Source: Lophium mytilinum (taxonomy: Eukaryota). From it: a stretch of DNA of 64,000 nt. Location: NCBI GenBank assembly GCA_010093605.1, contig MU004197.1, positions 1,488,707-1,552,706 of the forward strand. The letters run 5' to 3'. Shown in pieces: positions 13,188 to 25,685 of the stretch. Every line of letters starts with the position of its first letter. Positions within the stretch are counted from its first letter, which is position 1. The position numbers and the translations under genes were made by a program. A model generated the notes under the pieces. The model saw only the letters and a list, made by a program, of their open reading frames with translations, had not been told where the DNA came from and searched no databases.

Positions 13188-16138
13188 ATGATAGAACCGA
13201 AGAGCACAGATGAGCGGCAGCGCGCCCATGACGCGCCGGCAAGAGAATGGTCCAAGTATGTCGACGAAGTTATGACTGGCTTCGGGGAATGCGACATCAG
13301 AAAAGACGAAGGTAAGACCGCGGCATCTCGAGAAAGTATGTTACGATCCAATCACTTTTAGTGTGAATGCCTCGACGAGAAAAGGCTATCCTTCGCCGTA
13401 CCCGAAGCTAAATCCATGGGAGCAGCGACTCTTTCTGGAAAATTCGATATACCAGCTCTGATTGCAAATTATTCTGTAGCCCTCAGAAACGCTCCAAGCA
13501 CCTACTTCGAAAAGGATCGCGGCCCTCTTGCGGAGTTTGATCTGGAACGACTCGAAGACGTTAGTCGCATGATAGATGCCTGCAACGAGAAGCTTCATGG
13601 CGTTATGAAGGATCTCGACAGCAGGCTCACATCTGTACCTTCACGAATCAGAGAACCCAACCCATTCAGCTTTTCGAGTCACCTGTCTTACTTGAATAAG
13701 ATCCGATATGACAAGGAAGAGAAGTTGTCCGACAAGATCCTAGGTAGTGTCAATATGCGGCGTCTAGAGTCGAGGCCTGTCCAATATGAAATGAAGCTAG
13801 CAATACGCCCGTATGGGATGGCTGGTGAGCAAGCTCCGAAATCGTCGACCAATGTTCCCATGCCAGCCAACACATTAGCTGGTGCTAAAAGCAACTCATC
13901 ATCGCAACGACAGGCCTCTTTTGCACGAAAACAAGACGAAAGAGACTCTGTGCATCATGGTCACAAAGATCCCAGCGGACTGACGCCCTTATGGTTATCC
14001 CAACCCCAGCTTCATTTTCAGAAACCCTTGTCAACAACAGTCGTGTTCAGTACCCACGGAAAGAACTATGCTGCAACTACCGAGAAGCCACGTGGTCGTG
14101 AGCTTCCCCAGAGTCCTACCAGAGAGCCCCAGGCCAGCGTTGTGAGCTATACCCAGCCGAAATCTCGGCAACAAATGATGTTCGAGATGGATATGAATCT
14201 AGCTCCAGGTCGACCGCCATACTCTGAACGACGAAACCGGTTTCTTGGAGCCCCTGTTGCGCCTTCCAACCAGAGTACTCTGGAGGCATCTTCCAGCAGG
14301 GCTCATGAGATAGCGCGAAAGCTTAATCTTGGGTCAGAGGCCAAAACGCGTAGCCGGGATTTTGGCCCAAGGAGCTCTATTAGAAGAACTCGCTTACTAG
14401 CGGAAAACCAACACGATCAGTTCTCAAGTGAGATCGGAGAAAAACGAATGGGGCAAGGCTCGGATCATGCGATGCGTCGAACTGTTTTAGTGTCGCCGAC
14501 TCGTGACAGGAGGTCGAAAGAACCAGATCTCTTCTTAATCAGCGGCAAAGATATCTATCGGCCATCTCATATGGAAGATGTTGAAACCGACGACCTCGAG
14601 GAACTATTGATAGATATCATTTCTGAAAAGATCATCGGTCCTATCTTCTAGGAATTTCTGATTTGCATTCGGTGCTGTCACATCATTTTTCGACATACAT
14701 GTTCCTCGCCAGTCGCTAATGTGCCAAGTTCATCGGGAAACCATGGAACCTATACCACGTCGCCATCTGCGGGCACCTTGCCAGAGTCTTCAATGAGGAA
14801 AAGGGGTTGGTTAAGTGGCAATCAGAACGGTTCTGGGAGTGGCAAAGAGGAATCGGAAAACGACGACGACGATAATGAAAGAAGAGGGAAGAAGAAGGCG
14901 AAGAGTTACAATGCTGGAAGCCAGCCAAAGCGGCGACTAAAGTGCCCGTTCTTGCAGAGGGAATCGGAAAAACATCGACGGGCAGCCTGAAGAGGGGGAG
15001 GTTTCGTGGACATGGCTAAATTGAAGTAAGTCTCCCTATGTTTTCCCAACCCCATACCGTTGATTAGATGGGCGCTCACGATCTTGAACAGAGGTCATCT
15101 CAAATGTGTCCATTGTCAGCCACTACGATGCCACCGATGCTGGGAACAAATGGAATCCAAGGCGGCATTTCGGACACACCAGCAAAAGGACGTAGCCTGT
15201 GAGAAGGTCGCGCAACCAGACGACGAGCGCATCAGTCCTGAAACATAGAAACTCCTTGACTTCAAGAGGGCACCATATGCGCTTTTGAGCGACGTTCAAG
15301 ATAAATGGGCCTACATGTATCAAAAGCTCTTTCCGCAAGATGAAGAGATACCTCCACCTTGTAAGTTGCGGCATTTTGCGTCAACATTTTCGGATGCAGT
15401 GAGAAATACTGACTAGAATTAGTTGACGACCATCACATAAACGGTCGCTGGGAAAGGCTGCTTCCACAATTTCTCTACGAAGAACTGACTGAAGAGCTTG
15501 ACCCCATACTGGCTCCGCTTATGACGAAATTCAAAGAGCGAATCCCCAAGATTATCTTGAAATGCAAAAAGCAAGTTTGTCCACAGTCCGAAGATGCAGA
15601 TACAACATTGTCTTTCGCCGGTATAAATGCAGAGAACCAACTTTTCGTTGATACTAGCGCCACCGGCGTAATTGAGAGAATTAATGATTCCCTCCAATCA
15701 CTTGAGTCGCTCTACAAAAACAGATTACCAAGTCCGACGGAAGAATGCTCTACTGATCCCGTCCGGCCAAACCGCATCCACCCACAGTCCTCCAATAGCA
15801 GTATCAGTAGCTTAAATCGCCAAGCTCACTCCTCAATCCCGACTGCAGCTCGGGATACTCCTCCATTTATTCGTTCTAGCACTCTGGGTACCAGCAGTTC
15901 CCTCGTGAAACCTATGTCAAACGATGCGCCGGGATTTGGTTCCGGTTGCCTTGGTTCTCCGGGGTTCCAGCTTTCGACCGCGGCTTCTGAAAACTATAAC
16001 ATTTTCGTTCCAGGTGATGGGAGCGTTGCCCAAAGCTGTCGCAGATCCCCGTTTTACCTTGAAGACGAAGAAGGATGGGATTCTTATTTCGACGTAGCTC
16101 CCGACTTTGATTTTTCTCAGTATTTACAAGACTTTTGA
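13188..16138 (+). pseudogene. Interrupted gene for a fungal Cys/His zinc-finger-like protein (LKCPF...GF..MAKLK..HLKCVH...RCHRCW...H)
   Basis: ORFs 13416-14651, 14721-14990, ~15092-15248 and 15521-16138 join via read-through and GT-AG introns (~15026-15091, ~15361-15422). In-frame stops: TAG 14649-14651, TGA 14988-14990 and TAG 15246-15248, possibly also TAG 13359-13361. Confidence 0.7.
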
Positions 16139-16346
16139 TGGATATGCAATCTGTTCCGACAATTTCCCCGAGCGTCCTTTGATTTTTTATTCTGAAGAAC
16201 CTGTCGAGGTGAGCCGATCGGCTAGGCGAGAGAACCCGATTGTATCGACAACGTCGCATGTGGTTCAGCATTGAAAAGGACGTGTTAAGGTCGGTGCAAG
16301 ACTTTGTACTCTTAGCTCTGGCTATTTTATAGAATTTGAACCCTAT

Positions 16347-17292
16347 CTACCCCCTGAACCTTCCCACTGAGACTCTCCCACTTCGCGTCCCCGCCGATAC
16401 CCGGCTCCATCTCCCAGCAGGTAGCTCGTGAATCTCACTCTCCGTTTCCATCTCCCACAATTCACCAAGTCCGGTCTCCACTGGTGTCTTTTCACCTGGG
16501 AGCTCAGGGATTAGGTTCAGAGGCGTTTTTGGTGCATCATCTAGCTCCACTTTATCCCAGGTTCGCGGCCGGAATTGGAGGTATAGGAGAACGAGCGCGA
16601 TGATAATGAGGAGGGCGAGCGCGCCGATGACGCTAGCAAGGGCAATCATCGTGTCCGGATGGGAGGATGTCGGGGACTTGATTGTGTACGGAGTTGAGGA
16701 GGGTGTGGATGGGGTGAAAGAAGGGATTGAAGATGGATTTGAGGCGGCGGACGTTGTGAAAGACGGGACTGATGTGGTTGATTGGCTTGCAGCAGCGGGA
16801 GTAGCAGCAGACTCGAGTTCTGCTAGTGAGACTGCGGCAGAGAGCATGATTGAAGGAAGAAACGAAGGCTCCAGTGCCGCGGCGTTGTCGCATGTACCCA
16901 TTGCATTGCAGCGGTATGCGAGGGGGGCAGCACTTCTGCTCAATGCCACACGATGGTAGTCTGGTCGCCTGGGTGGGATCATTATAGTAATAGTGAATAG
17001 GGTTTGAAGAATAGAGAGTCGAGTTGAGGTGGGTAGCGTCGCACGATATCGGTTGAATCCTTGAGCACACTAAACCTGTGGGGCAGCAGATGACTCCAGA
17101 ATCGATATTATTCGGTTTGATTGTCGTGCAGGTAGCCCCTGATGGGCAGCAACAGGGATCTGTGTAGCCGGAGGCTGCCGTATATAGACCACAGCTGGTG
17201 AGGGAGCTATCGAATAGACCTATTTTGGTAGCCGATGTGTAAGAGTTGAAGAGAAGAAGGATGATGAGAATGACAGAGGAGATTAAGTACAT
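16347..17292 (-). pseudogene. Signal peptide + Cys-rich domain + Ser/Thr stalk + single-TM membrane protein, frameshifted
   Basis: Hydrophobic N-terminus; CCCPSGATC...CCPTGLVC...CCP domain in one frame; S/T stalk, TM (IALASVIGALALLIIIALVLLYL) and ELP/EME tail in another. Removing one base from the G6 run at 16922-16927 joins them as CCPLAYRC. Could be an assembly error. Confidence 0.75.
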
Positions 17293-17536
17293 TGTGATAT
17301 CGATCGTAGGTAATTAGAAGGTAATATAAGAAAAAAGTCTTTGAGAAGAGAAGTGAGAAAGACAAAGCGAATGCCTGAAAATAGAAAGGGGAAAAGAATC
17401 GCAGCTAGGAGCGAAAGGGAGGTTTATAAGGATATTCCTCCCATGCTCTACGCCTCCAGCTGAAGATATTTTAAGCCCTTAAACGAACGCCTGATTTCAG
17501 CCTTGTGTACAGCATATGAAGAAGACTCCGCGCTGA

Positions 17537-18000
17537 CTAGTTATTCCTAGGAGACGTAAATTTCGCATACTTGATCGTTTTGATAGGTTGGGCTGGGGGC
17601 CGGCGCTTACAAAGAATGCACGTGAGCAGCCGCCTTCGTCGCAACCGCGGTGGTTCGGTATAATCCAGCTCAGCCTTGCTCCAGCTTTGCGGCTGTATTT
17701 TCTCTTTCTCATGTCGAGTCCGTCTAAGAATAAACAGTATGCCACAGATGACTGTGATAACCAAGGTAGTTAGAAGGGAGAATGCACGGATGACACACTG
17801 ATAACTACCGTCCGTTTGCTGGTGCTGGAGGAGGAAGTGCTGGATGAGGCGGGAGACAGCTCGAATGGGAGAGGAGTCGAGGCTAGCGAAAGGGATAGAG
17901 TTGATAGTGCAATGGCGGGTCTCGTAGCATTTGGCTTCGAGACGAAGATTATCCAGGTTTCGATGCTAGGAGTTTTGACTTGCACGATGACCCCGTAGGC
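17537..18000 (-). pseudogene. Degraded S/T-rich single-TM protein gene, similar in architecture to the neighbour
   Basis: S/T-rich segment (17770-17985), then in another frame TM-like VITVICGILFIL, RR and WSKAELD (compare WDKVELD in the 16347 gene). Frames are broken and the 5' end was not found. Confidence 0.45.
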
Positions 18001-18775
18001 ATGCGCGTAGTCTTCACTAGTTGGCTAGCAACAAGTCCTAAGACCATAATCAGCGTCAAAGTTGACAGGCTTGCAATATGTAGTACCTGAAGAGCAGCAA
18101 AACTGAAGAGAGAATTGAAAGAGTCACTGCGGTAAACGAAGACTGCGATATTACCGCAGAAAGCTACGCAGGAGAGGATAGCATCAATATAATGACCAGA
18201 ATGATGAAACTGATTGAGAACCTTATAGCAAGGATCAAATGAGCGGGCAAATGTTGTCTTGGAAGTGAGATAGCCGTGGGAATTCATAACTTTAAGGTAT
18301 ACAGAGCGGCAAGGACAGGTACCTGCAACTCTCTTACAGTTGAAGCTTACTCCGCGGAAACTCTTCGTGCACATGGAAGCCTCATTTCCCATCGACAATC
18401 TGCAGCTTCGCCGTGGCTCGATTGAGATGGGGGCCAGCGCTTAGAGAGGCAAAACAGATACAGCTGTGCCACCCCGCGAAGACTATATCGCGAGACCGCC
18501 TTAAATGGCAGATTCTACGATAAATTTGTTAATATTACGAATGGACAATATGTCACGGCAATATAAGCAGTAGCCAATAAGTATGTACAAACGCGCATAT
18601 GAGGAGGTAATGTACCTTTTTGAACCGTTCATGAATGTGTAACTCTATTTGGGAAGTTCAATACTCTGGAACCCATCTACGGCTCGTCTCATTCGTGTTA
18701 CACTGCTCGGGGCTATCTGATACACCATGCAATGCTGCACGACTACGAACTCGATGGATTTGATAGTTTGGCGGG

Positions 18776-19751
18776 TCACCTCTCTGTCTGAAAAGCGCGG
18801 ACATACTCCTGCAACTCTTCTCCTCCCAGTCCAAGCCAGGCTCCAAGGAAAGCCTCGAGCTTGCACTTCTCCAACTTCTTCTCCTTCAAGAGAAGAATCA
18901 CCTTTTCCATCTCAACCGTCCCTGTAACACGGAGATTCTTGTTGGGTAAGTCTTCGACGATGACCTGCTGCACACACTCGATATCCAGCTCCACGGCCAG
19001 GCAGAACACCTGCGCAAGATCGTAGACCGGTGGACTGTAGATCACCCCGTTCGCATTCATTGCCTGGAGCTGACCGGTGTAGAGCGCGTGGATAAGCATC
19101 TCTACAACACGATACTGGGCGTTCGGTAGTTGATATAGGCCTCGTGACGCTACTGCAGCTGCAGCAAAATGAGCCGCATGTTTAGCTAGTCTCTGCTCGA
19201 TTTCCGATGCGATATTGGAAACAACAAGGTCTAGCACTTCTACCCTGTTGTTTGCCTCGAGGCGCCACAGAACAGAGCGGTTGCTGTAAGACTCTGGAGG
19301 TTCAGGTCCCGTCTCTTCGCGGGCAAACACCTCCAGCGTCGCATCTCGCATCACCCGAAGGTCAGCTATTGTACCATCTAGCGGTCCGGTGATGTTGCTA
19401 TGCGGGATTATACTCTTGCTCAAACCACATACGATCTCGCAATTGAAGTGGCCACTGGTGTATGCGAGGTCCCTGAAACATTTTCCGGCCTTGGGTAGGT
19501 CGTTCACCTTGGCGAGAGTGTCTCTGAGTGAGGCTTCGATCCTTACAAACTTAGTAGATTCGAAGTGCTTAGCAATGACGGAAGATTTGCGAGTGAGGAA
19601 CTCTTTGTAAGCAAAGAGCTTCTCATGACGTGGACCAATCTCGAGGACGACGATGGTACGGTAGAGAGATGGGAAGGGGAGATCTCGTGGATCCATGGCA
19701 TCTTTGTCGGATGCGCGTATCTCCTTCGATCCCACGTTCATAGAAGAGTTC
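18776..19751 (-). CDS. BTB/POZ-like protein with a large insertion in the domain (paralog 1)
   Basis: IVVLEIGPRHEKLFAYKEFLTRKSS ... LPNAQYRVVEMLIHALYTG ... LAQVFCLAVELDIECVQ match fungal BTB features. Start (19751 or 19697) and introns are uncertain. Confidence 0.65.
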
Positions 19752-20417
19752 ATATCTTGAATAGGGAGTGTTATGTGGCAGGTTGATGAAGGGTGGTGTG
19801 TGGGGTTTATTGCTGCCGTTGGGTTGAGTGAGGTCGAAGGAGGAAAAGGTTGATGGAGGGGGCCGTAATATATGTACAACAGAGCATTATCCGCTGGTGA
19901 CTTCACGGAGTGAGCGAAATAACAATTGCCAGGATAGGACTTTCATAGTTCAACAGAGAATTGTCGTTGTAGTCGCCTGGTCTAACCGTGTGACCCTCGA
20001 GTTGCCGCCAACTCCTTGCTTTGTGAGAGTGCAAGAGAGGCTTCCCGCTCAGAACCTGTAGCTCGGCGCTCTGGTCATCTAAGCTTTCTATATCGACGCC
20101 GCACAAAGAGTGGATAGGGATGCACATTGATCATCAGCCCGAGCGGCGTCTGAAGGGCTTTCTCAGTCTCACATATGGCCTCCCATCACGTCACTGGAGT
20201 CAGCTTCTTGAACTATTACATTCCCAAATATCACTGGAAGACCAGCCTTGGTATCTATGAATGCATACCGAAAGCCACAGTATAGGAGTTCTAGCTTCTC
20301 AACCTGTGACTGCACGCCGCACAAAACCTGGGAGCAGAAACTACTCCATGGAACTCCTGGCACCACCGGAGTCCTCACCTTTAGCTATTAAGGCTACTAA
20401 GAATCTAGACCAGTAGC

Positions 20418-22415
20418 CTAACAGTTCTTAGGCTTCTTGGGCGTCCCCGGCATAACGTCGGTCTTCCTCGGACGTCCAAACCCCCTATAGACCGTCTTAC
20501 CGGGCGGCAGCCCCGCCGTCTCCTCCGCAGCTTCTGTGATATGTCTAGGCACGTCCTTGTTCTTCTTCAGCGGCGATTTAGCTTTGCCCTTCCGCTCGAT
20601 TGCAGCAGCGCTACGAGTTCGGGGCTTCTTGGTTGGTGTGGTGGTTTTGGCCGGCTGGCCCTCGGAACCGCCGTCGTCATTGCCACTGTCAGAGTCTATG
20701 GCTTTCCGCTTCTTGCACGATCGGATTATACTATCCAGTTTCTTGATCTCGTCGGGGCTCAACTCAGAGAATTGTTCGTGGCATCTAGGTAGTGATTAGT
20801 ATGTTGGTTTCTATTCGAGAATGACGGTCAGGCTTACGAGGTATCCGTATGGTTTTTCTTCTGAGATGTGCTAGTAAACTGCGCACTGCACTCATCGCAG
20901 CGGAAGACCCTTCGGGGTGTGGAAGCCGCGACGTCAAGATCTGAGTCCCAGATTGATGAATCATCGTCTAGCGCAGTAGTGTCCGGTACTGGACGGCAGA
21001 ATAGCTCCTTCTCAATAGTTCGGCGACGCTGCTTAGCCACTAGCTTTGCTATGAACTCTTCAAACATGGGTTTGTGCTCCTTAAAGATGAGTAGCTTCGT
21101 CTTCGTAGCACGTTCGGTGATGTTCTCGTGGTCACTAGAAGGTTTGATATAAGCATTTGGGGATTTGGATTTACCACGAGGGGGAATCTTACGTTTCGGC
21201 GACGTGCTTCAGGACATTGGACATGCTAGTCATGTGTGTCCAGCAGTCGTCACAAATCATGCTGAGAGCTTCACTATTGGCGCACTTATCTATATCTGCA
21301 CTGTCGACGGCCTTTAGAGAGAGCTCCTGGCCATCAGGGCAGACGCTAAGTAGCTTGGCCAACAGGTTGCGCAGCAGCCAGTCGAGCAATCTCTTCGCCG
21401 GACTACCGATCTTTGCAGCAGCGAGCGCAAAGAGGACATGGTAGAAGGGCGTGGGCCCGGTCCGTTCCTCCAAGAAGGATTCCACGACCATCTGTTGGAC
21501 AGACATGATACCCAGCTCCACGGCAAGGCAGAAGACCTGGAGGCGGTCGTAGGGCATAGTATCCTTGAACATGTTTCGCGCATCCATAGTTTGGAGGCGA
21601 CCAGTATAGAGAGCGTGGATAAGCATCTCTGCAATTCGAGGTGAAGTACGCGGAAGTCGAAACTGACTCCCTACAACATCTCCGGCTTCTTGTGGATTGC
21701 GGCAGTGTTGATCAAGTCGCTTCTTAACTCCCTTGATGAGAATGGCAACAGCATTGTCGAGGATGTCAAGCTCTTTGTGGTCTAGCAAGTCGTACAAGAT
21801 GTAATCCCCCTGTCGCGTGGGTGGTCTTGCCGTGTCTAGCCCGTCTGCATCCGATTGCTCGGTATCTGATTGCTCTGTATTCGATTCTCGTGTATCCAAT
21901 CCCCACTTCCAGTCGTGCTCATGGAGAGCGTCCACTAATTCTTGTCTCAACGGGCGAAGATCGGCGGAGGTTCCAATGAGTGCCGCCGGGGCTAGACTGT
22001 CATTTTTCCAGATCGCACGTCTGAGGATGCATTGAACGATCTGAGTTGAGTTAGCGAGGGCAGTGTGCATCGACGATACTTTGCGACCCACCATTAAGAG
22101 TCCGCAGCCGCATAGGGCCGATCTGGGTAGCTCCTCCAACTCAGAGAGCGATTTTCGCAGCGACTCTTCGATCTTGGAATGAAGTTGGGTGGATGCAATA
22201 AGCTTCCCAACTAGCGATGACTTGCTTGCAAGTAGCTCCTTGTGGACAGGATACGTGCGCTCATCAGGACCAACCAACAGGGTCAAGACAGTCCGATAGA
22301 GGTACGGGAAGCTGAATATCAAGTCAGCGAGTGGATGGCGCAGAGCAGCGCATCAAGGCTATTTTCCTCATAGTAATGAAAGACGGAGAAGACTTACTTA
22401 CGGTTCGTCAGCCAT
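20418..22415 (-). CDS. BTB/POZ-like protein with C2H2-type zinc finger and AT-hook-like tail (paralog 2)
   Basis: Spliced model MADEP|FPYLYRTVLTLLVGPDERTYPVHKELLASKS...EMLIHALYTG...|...CDECSAQFTSTSQKKNHTDTS|CH...RGFGRPRK. GT-AG introns at ~22312-22401, ~21136-21192 and ~20785-20837 join ORFs 21189-22322, 20834-21067 and 20418-20762 in frame. Confidence 0.75.
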
Positions 22416-23093
22416 GATAGGCAAGGCTGTTGAGGGATTTTGGTCGTCCATCAGGCTTGGTGGTTGGAGTGTTGACGGTAAAGTTGGTGTTCTGTGTTAG
22501 AAGTACGAAGTGCCGGAGCGCATGAGGAGAGGACTTTATATGCTAGGCTGCCGTAAACGGGCCACGAGATATAGAAGTGAAAGTTGGTGCTGCCTCGGCG
22601 ACATCATCACTTTAACGGGCGCGTGATCAAACGGCGTGAACTCCGGCTTGAAAACGTAGATTTTCTTTCTCAAAGAAATTTGATCCTACATCGCTCCTTT
22701 ACGACAGAGACTCAGGGGGTGAAGGGTCTGGATGATGAAAGATATCTGAACATATAGAACGACGCATCATCTGGCTACATTCTAAGCTACGGATTCTCTG
22801 AAACATGCGTGAACAGTTTCTCACAGTGGGCTCCATGGTTTATGCTTCTCATGCGGCAGCTCCCTACCCTACGTCGGACAGTGTGTGAGCAGTCACCATT
22901 TCATAACTTCGTTTTTATCTTAAAAGATCTATCATAGTCGATAAGAGAATCTATGAAAGACAAAATTTGACATTTTTCCAACCCTATAGTCCGCCCACAA
23001 GCTACTCATGATCTAGTAACCAAGCAGAGCGGCCCTGTTGGCGACGTCGGCTTACCCGAACTTGCCGCATCAACCATCAACGTTAGTAATGCC

Positions 23094-23892
23094 TCACGGG
23101 AGACTGTTGAACTTCTTGTATCCCACACCCTGGACGAATGTCTGCAACCACGGGCCCTGCGTCTCGGCTTGAGCCAACTCCCAGAAGAGATTCGCATGAG
23201 CGTCGCCGTCAACGCGGTATTTGGGCGATCCGTCTGCCTTCCTTTCGTCGGCATAGTAAAACCTTCACGTCGTTAGTCTCCTTTTTCGAACTGGATTGAG
23301 GACTTACTTGTATCCACGGTCCTTGTACGCGGCCGAGGCCGCCCAGATCATGTGAGCGGCGCCTGACTTGCCGATGCCCTGGGAGATAAATCTCGGGAGG
23401 ATGGCGATGTTGAGGACATTGCCGGTGTAGATGAAGGTGCGCGAGGCCGATGCCGGAAGCTGTGCAAAGCCCGAGACAGCCTGTTGCGCGGCGACAAAGG
23501 CACTGTGAATGTTGATGGTCGTGTCACGACTGAAGTCGGCAAAGGAGAGGGCGAAGGGGTCGTCGGCAGGGGTGAAGGTACTCGCGCTAACTGTGACGCA
23601 TCAGCCTCCAGTCGGCTGGCGACGGTACCGTGGGGGACGAGGGATTACCATTGTAGACGACGACACTGGGGATGCCGAACACCTTGTTTACCTTGGCGAA
23701 CGCATTGACCACATCATCGGTCTTAGAGAAGTCGCTCGGGATGTTCAGCTGGTTGTCGGTACTGTCGGCCTCTTTCAAGGAGCGGGAGGCGATGGCGACC
23801 TTGTAGCCCTTGGAGGCAAAGGTGCGGGCGACGGCCTGGCCGATATTGGGGCCTGCGCCAAGGATGAGGACGACAGGGGATTTGGCGGCCAT
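23094..23892 (-). CDS. Short-chain dehydrogenase/reductase (NAD(P)-binding Rossmann fold)
   Basis: VVLILGAGPNIGQAVARTFASKGYKVAIASRS; VVVYN; FIYTGN; FYYADER; two GT-AG introns; TGA at 23094-23096. Confidence 0.9.
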
Positions 23893-23982
23893 GATCTGAT
23901 GCTGGGTCGACAAAGGATGAATTACTTGGCAGTATTTCTTATTTTGAAACTGCGTCGAAGTGGGGGGAAGTTAGGGGCAAGT

Positions 23983-24379
23983 TCCGCCGAGCACGAAGCC
24001 TTCTTATATGTTGATCTCCTCAGGCCATGGCACGTCATGGCTGTCTGTAATGCAACGGCAGACTCCTGAAGTGCGCAGGATGATAAATGGGAAATAGGAG
24101 AATTCAAATTGAAATGCCCGATCGTTAGTCTCTCGCTTAATCTCTCACGTGATCCGCCGTCATGCTCACCAACCACAACTTCCGCCGAGCTCGGGTTCAT
24201 GACTCCGCCGAGCTGGGGTGTATGATTCCACCGAAGAAGACAGCGTATCCTGTTGCCGCGTACGGTACGGTACGTGCCCCTGTAAATAACCGTACGAGCG
24301 CGTATTGCGTACGAGCCAGCAAAATCCGCTCTTACTCTTCGATGACAAACACATTCGGCTGATAAATGGCTTCGGCGGA
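23983..24379. promoter_or_regulatory. Repeated TCCGCCGA motif in the divergent SDR-GST promoter
   Basis: TCCGCCGAGC at 23983, 24181 and 24204; TCCACCGAAG at 24227; inverted TTCGGCGGA at 24371. Confidence 0.5.
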
Positions 24380-24490
24380 CAAATAGTTTGGCACCTTTCT
24401 ATATTCTATTTATTATCTCGGGCATTTCAATTTTAGTCTTACATCTCCCATTCAATACTCCTGCATACACTCCCACCCCAGTCCAGCAAC

Positions 24491-25165
24491 ATGTCTCTCA
24501 AGCCAATCACTCTCTGGGGCCACGACAGCGGTCCCAACGCCTGGAAGGTGGCCATGATCCTCGAGGAGCTCAACATCCCTTATACCGTCAAGATGATCGA
24601 GTTCCCGGACATGAAGAAGGAACCATACGTATCGATCAACCCCAACGGCCGTGTGCCTTCAATTGAAGACCCGAATACGGGCATCACGCTGTGGGAGTCA
24701 GGCGCCATTATCGAATACCTGGTCGAAACCTACGACAAGCAACACAACATCAGCTTCGCCCCAAGCTCGAAAGGTTACTTCGAAGCGAAGCAGTGGCTGT
24801 ACTACCAGGTATCTGGCCAGGGCCCATACTTCGGACAGGCCATTTGGTTCACCCTCTACCACCCCGAGAAGCTCGCCAGCGTTGTCGACCGCTACGTCAA
24901 TGAGATTCGTCGTGTCTCTGGCGTCCTCGATCGCGCCCTGCAGGATAAGGAATTCCTCGTCGGCGGCAAGTTTAGCTATGCCGATGCGGCGTTCGTGACG
25001 TGGTTTGCGATTGTGCCCCTCTTCGCTGACAGGGTCAACCTCGATAGGGACTTCCCCGTCCTTAACGCCTGGTTGGAGCGCCTCAAGGCCCGTCTGGGCA
25101 TTAGAAAGATCCTGCAAGATCGAGATGCGGCTATAGAGGCCACGAAAAAGCGTGCTGGGAGTTAA
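24491..25165 (+). CDS. Glutathione S-transferase, Ure2p-like class
   Basis: Intronless 224 aa; GPNAWKV, INPNGRVPSIED, LWESGAII, QWLYYQVSGQGPYFGQA, KFSYAD. Confidence 0.95.
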   Translation: MSLKPITLWGHDSGPNAWKVAMILEELNIPYTVKMIEFPDMKKEPYVSINPNGRVPSIEDPNTGITLWESGAIIEYLVETYDKQHNISFAPSSKGYFEAKQWLYYQVSGQGPYFGQAIWFTLYHPEKLASVVDRYVNEIRRVSGVLDRALQDKEFLVGGKFSYADAAFVTWFAIVPLFADRVNLDRDFPVLNAWLERLKARLGIRKILQDRDAAIEATKKRAGS

Positions 25166-25685
25166 AGGGAGTTTGTGCCACGAAATGCAGATGTGAGTTG
25201 AATGGTGGTGCCGCGCCTCGGCGGCGACATGATCGTTTTGATGGGGTTGTAAAATATTCAAAGGTGGCGACTTCTAGTTGGGAGTGTAGATGTCTTTTCT
25301 CATGTGAATTCATATCCTAAATTACTTTCTTGCGATACGTTTTCCGCGGATAGATAGTCTTGATAAATGAAACAGACATTTGATGGATAAAAGCAAAGGC
25401 ATCATCTAGCTGCAATCTTTTCTAGACCACAGAGGCATTGAATTTCATATGAATAGTCTCTTTAGCAGCTTTCTAGTGGAGAAAAATTTATACCGTGCTT
25501 GGTTTGATGGACTGGATGCTCTATGATGACGTGGGGAGTAGGAAGGAGGTTGAGAGAAAGTTGAGAGCGCCCAATTCCGGCGAGTCAGGTAGCGGGGCAT
25601 AGCGGGGGCGCTTTTTTCTGGCGGCGACGTCAATTTCAACCTCACCTCGTCCCTCCACAACACCACGAGACGGAACACCATCAAC

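Noticed and set aside
14649..15248. A-to-I correction of premature TAG stops
   Set aside because: A TGA also interrupts the gene, and the TAG contexts fit CAG>TAG better; such editing is known mainly from Sordariomycetes.
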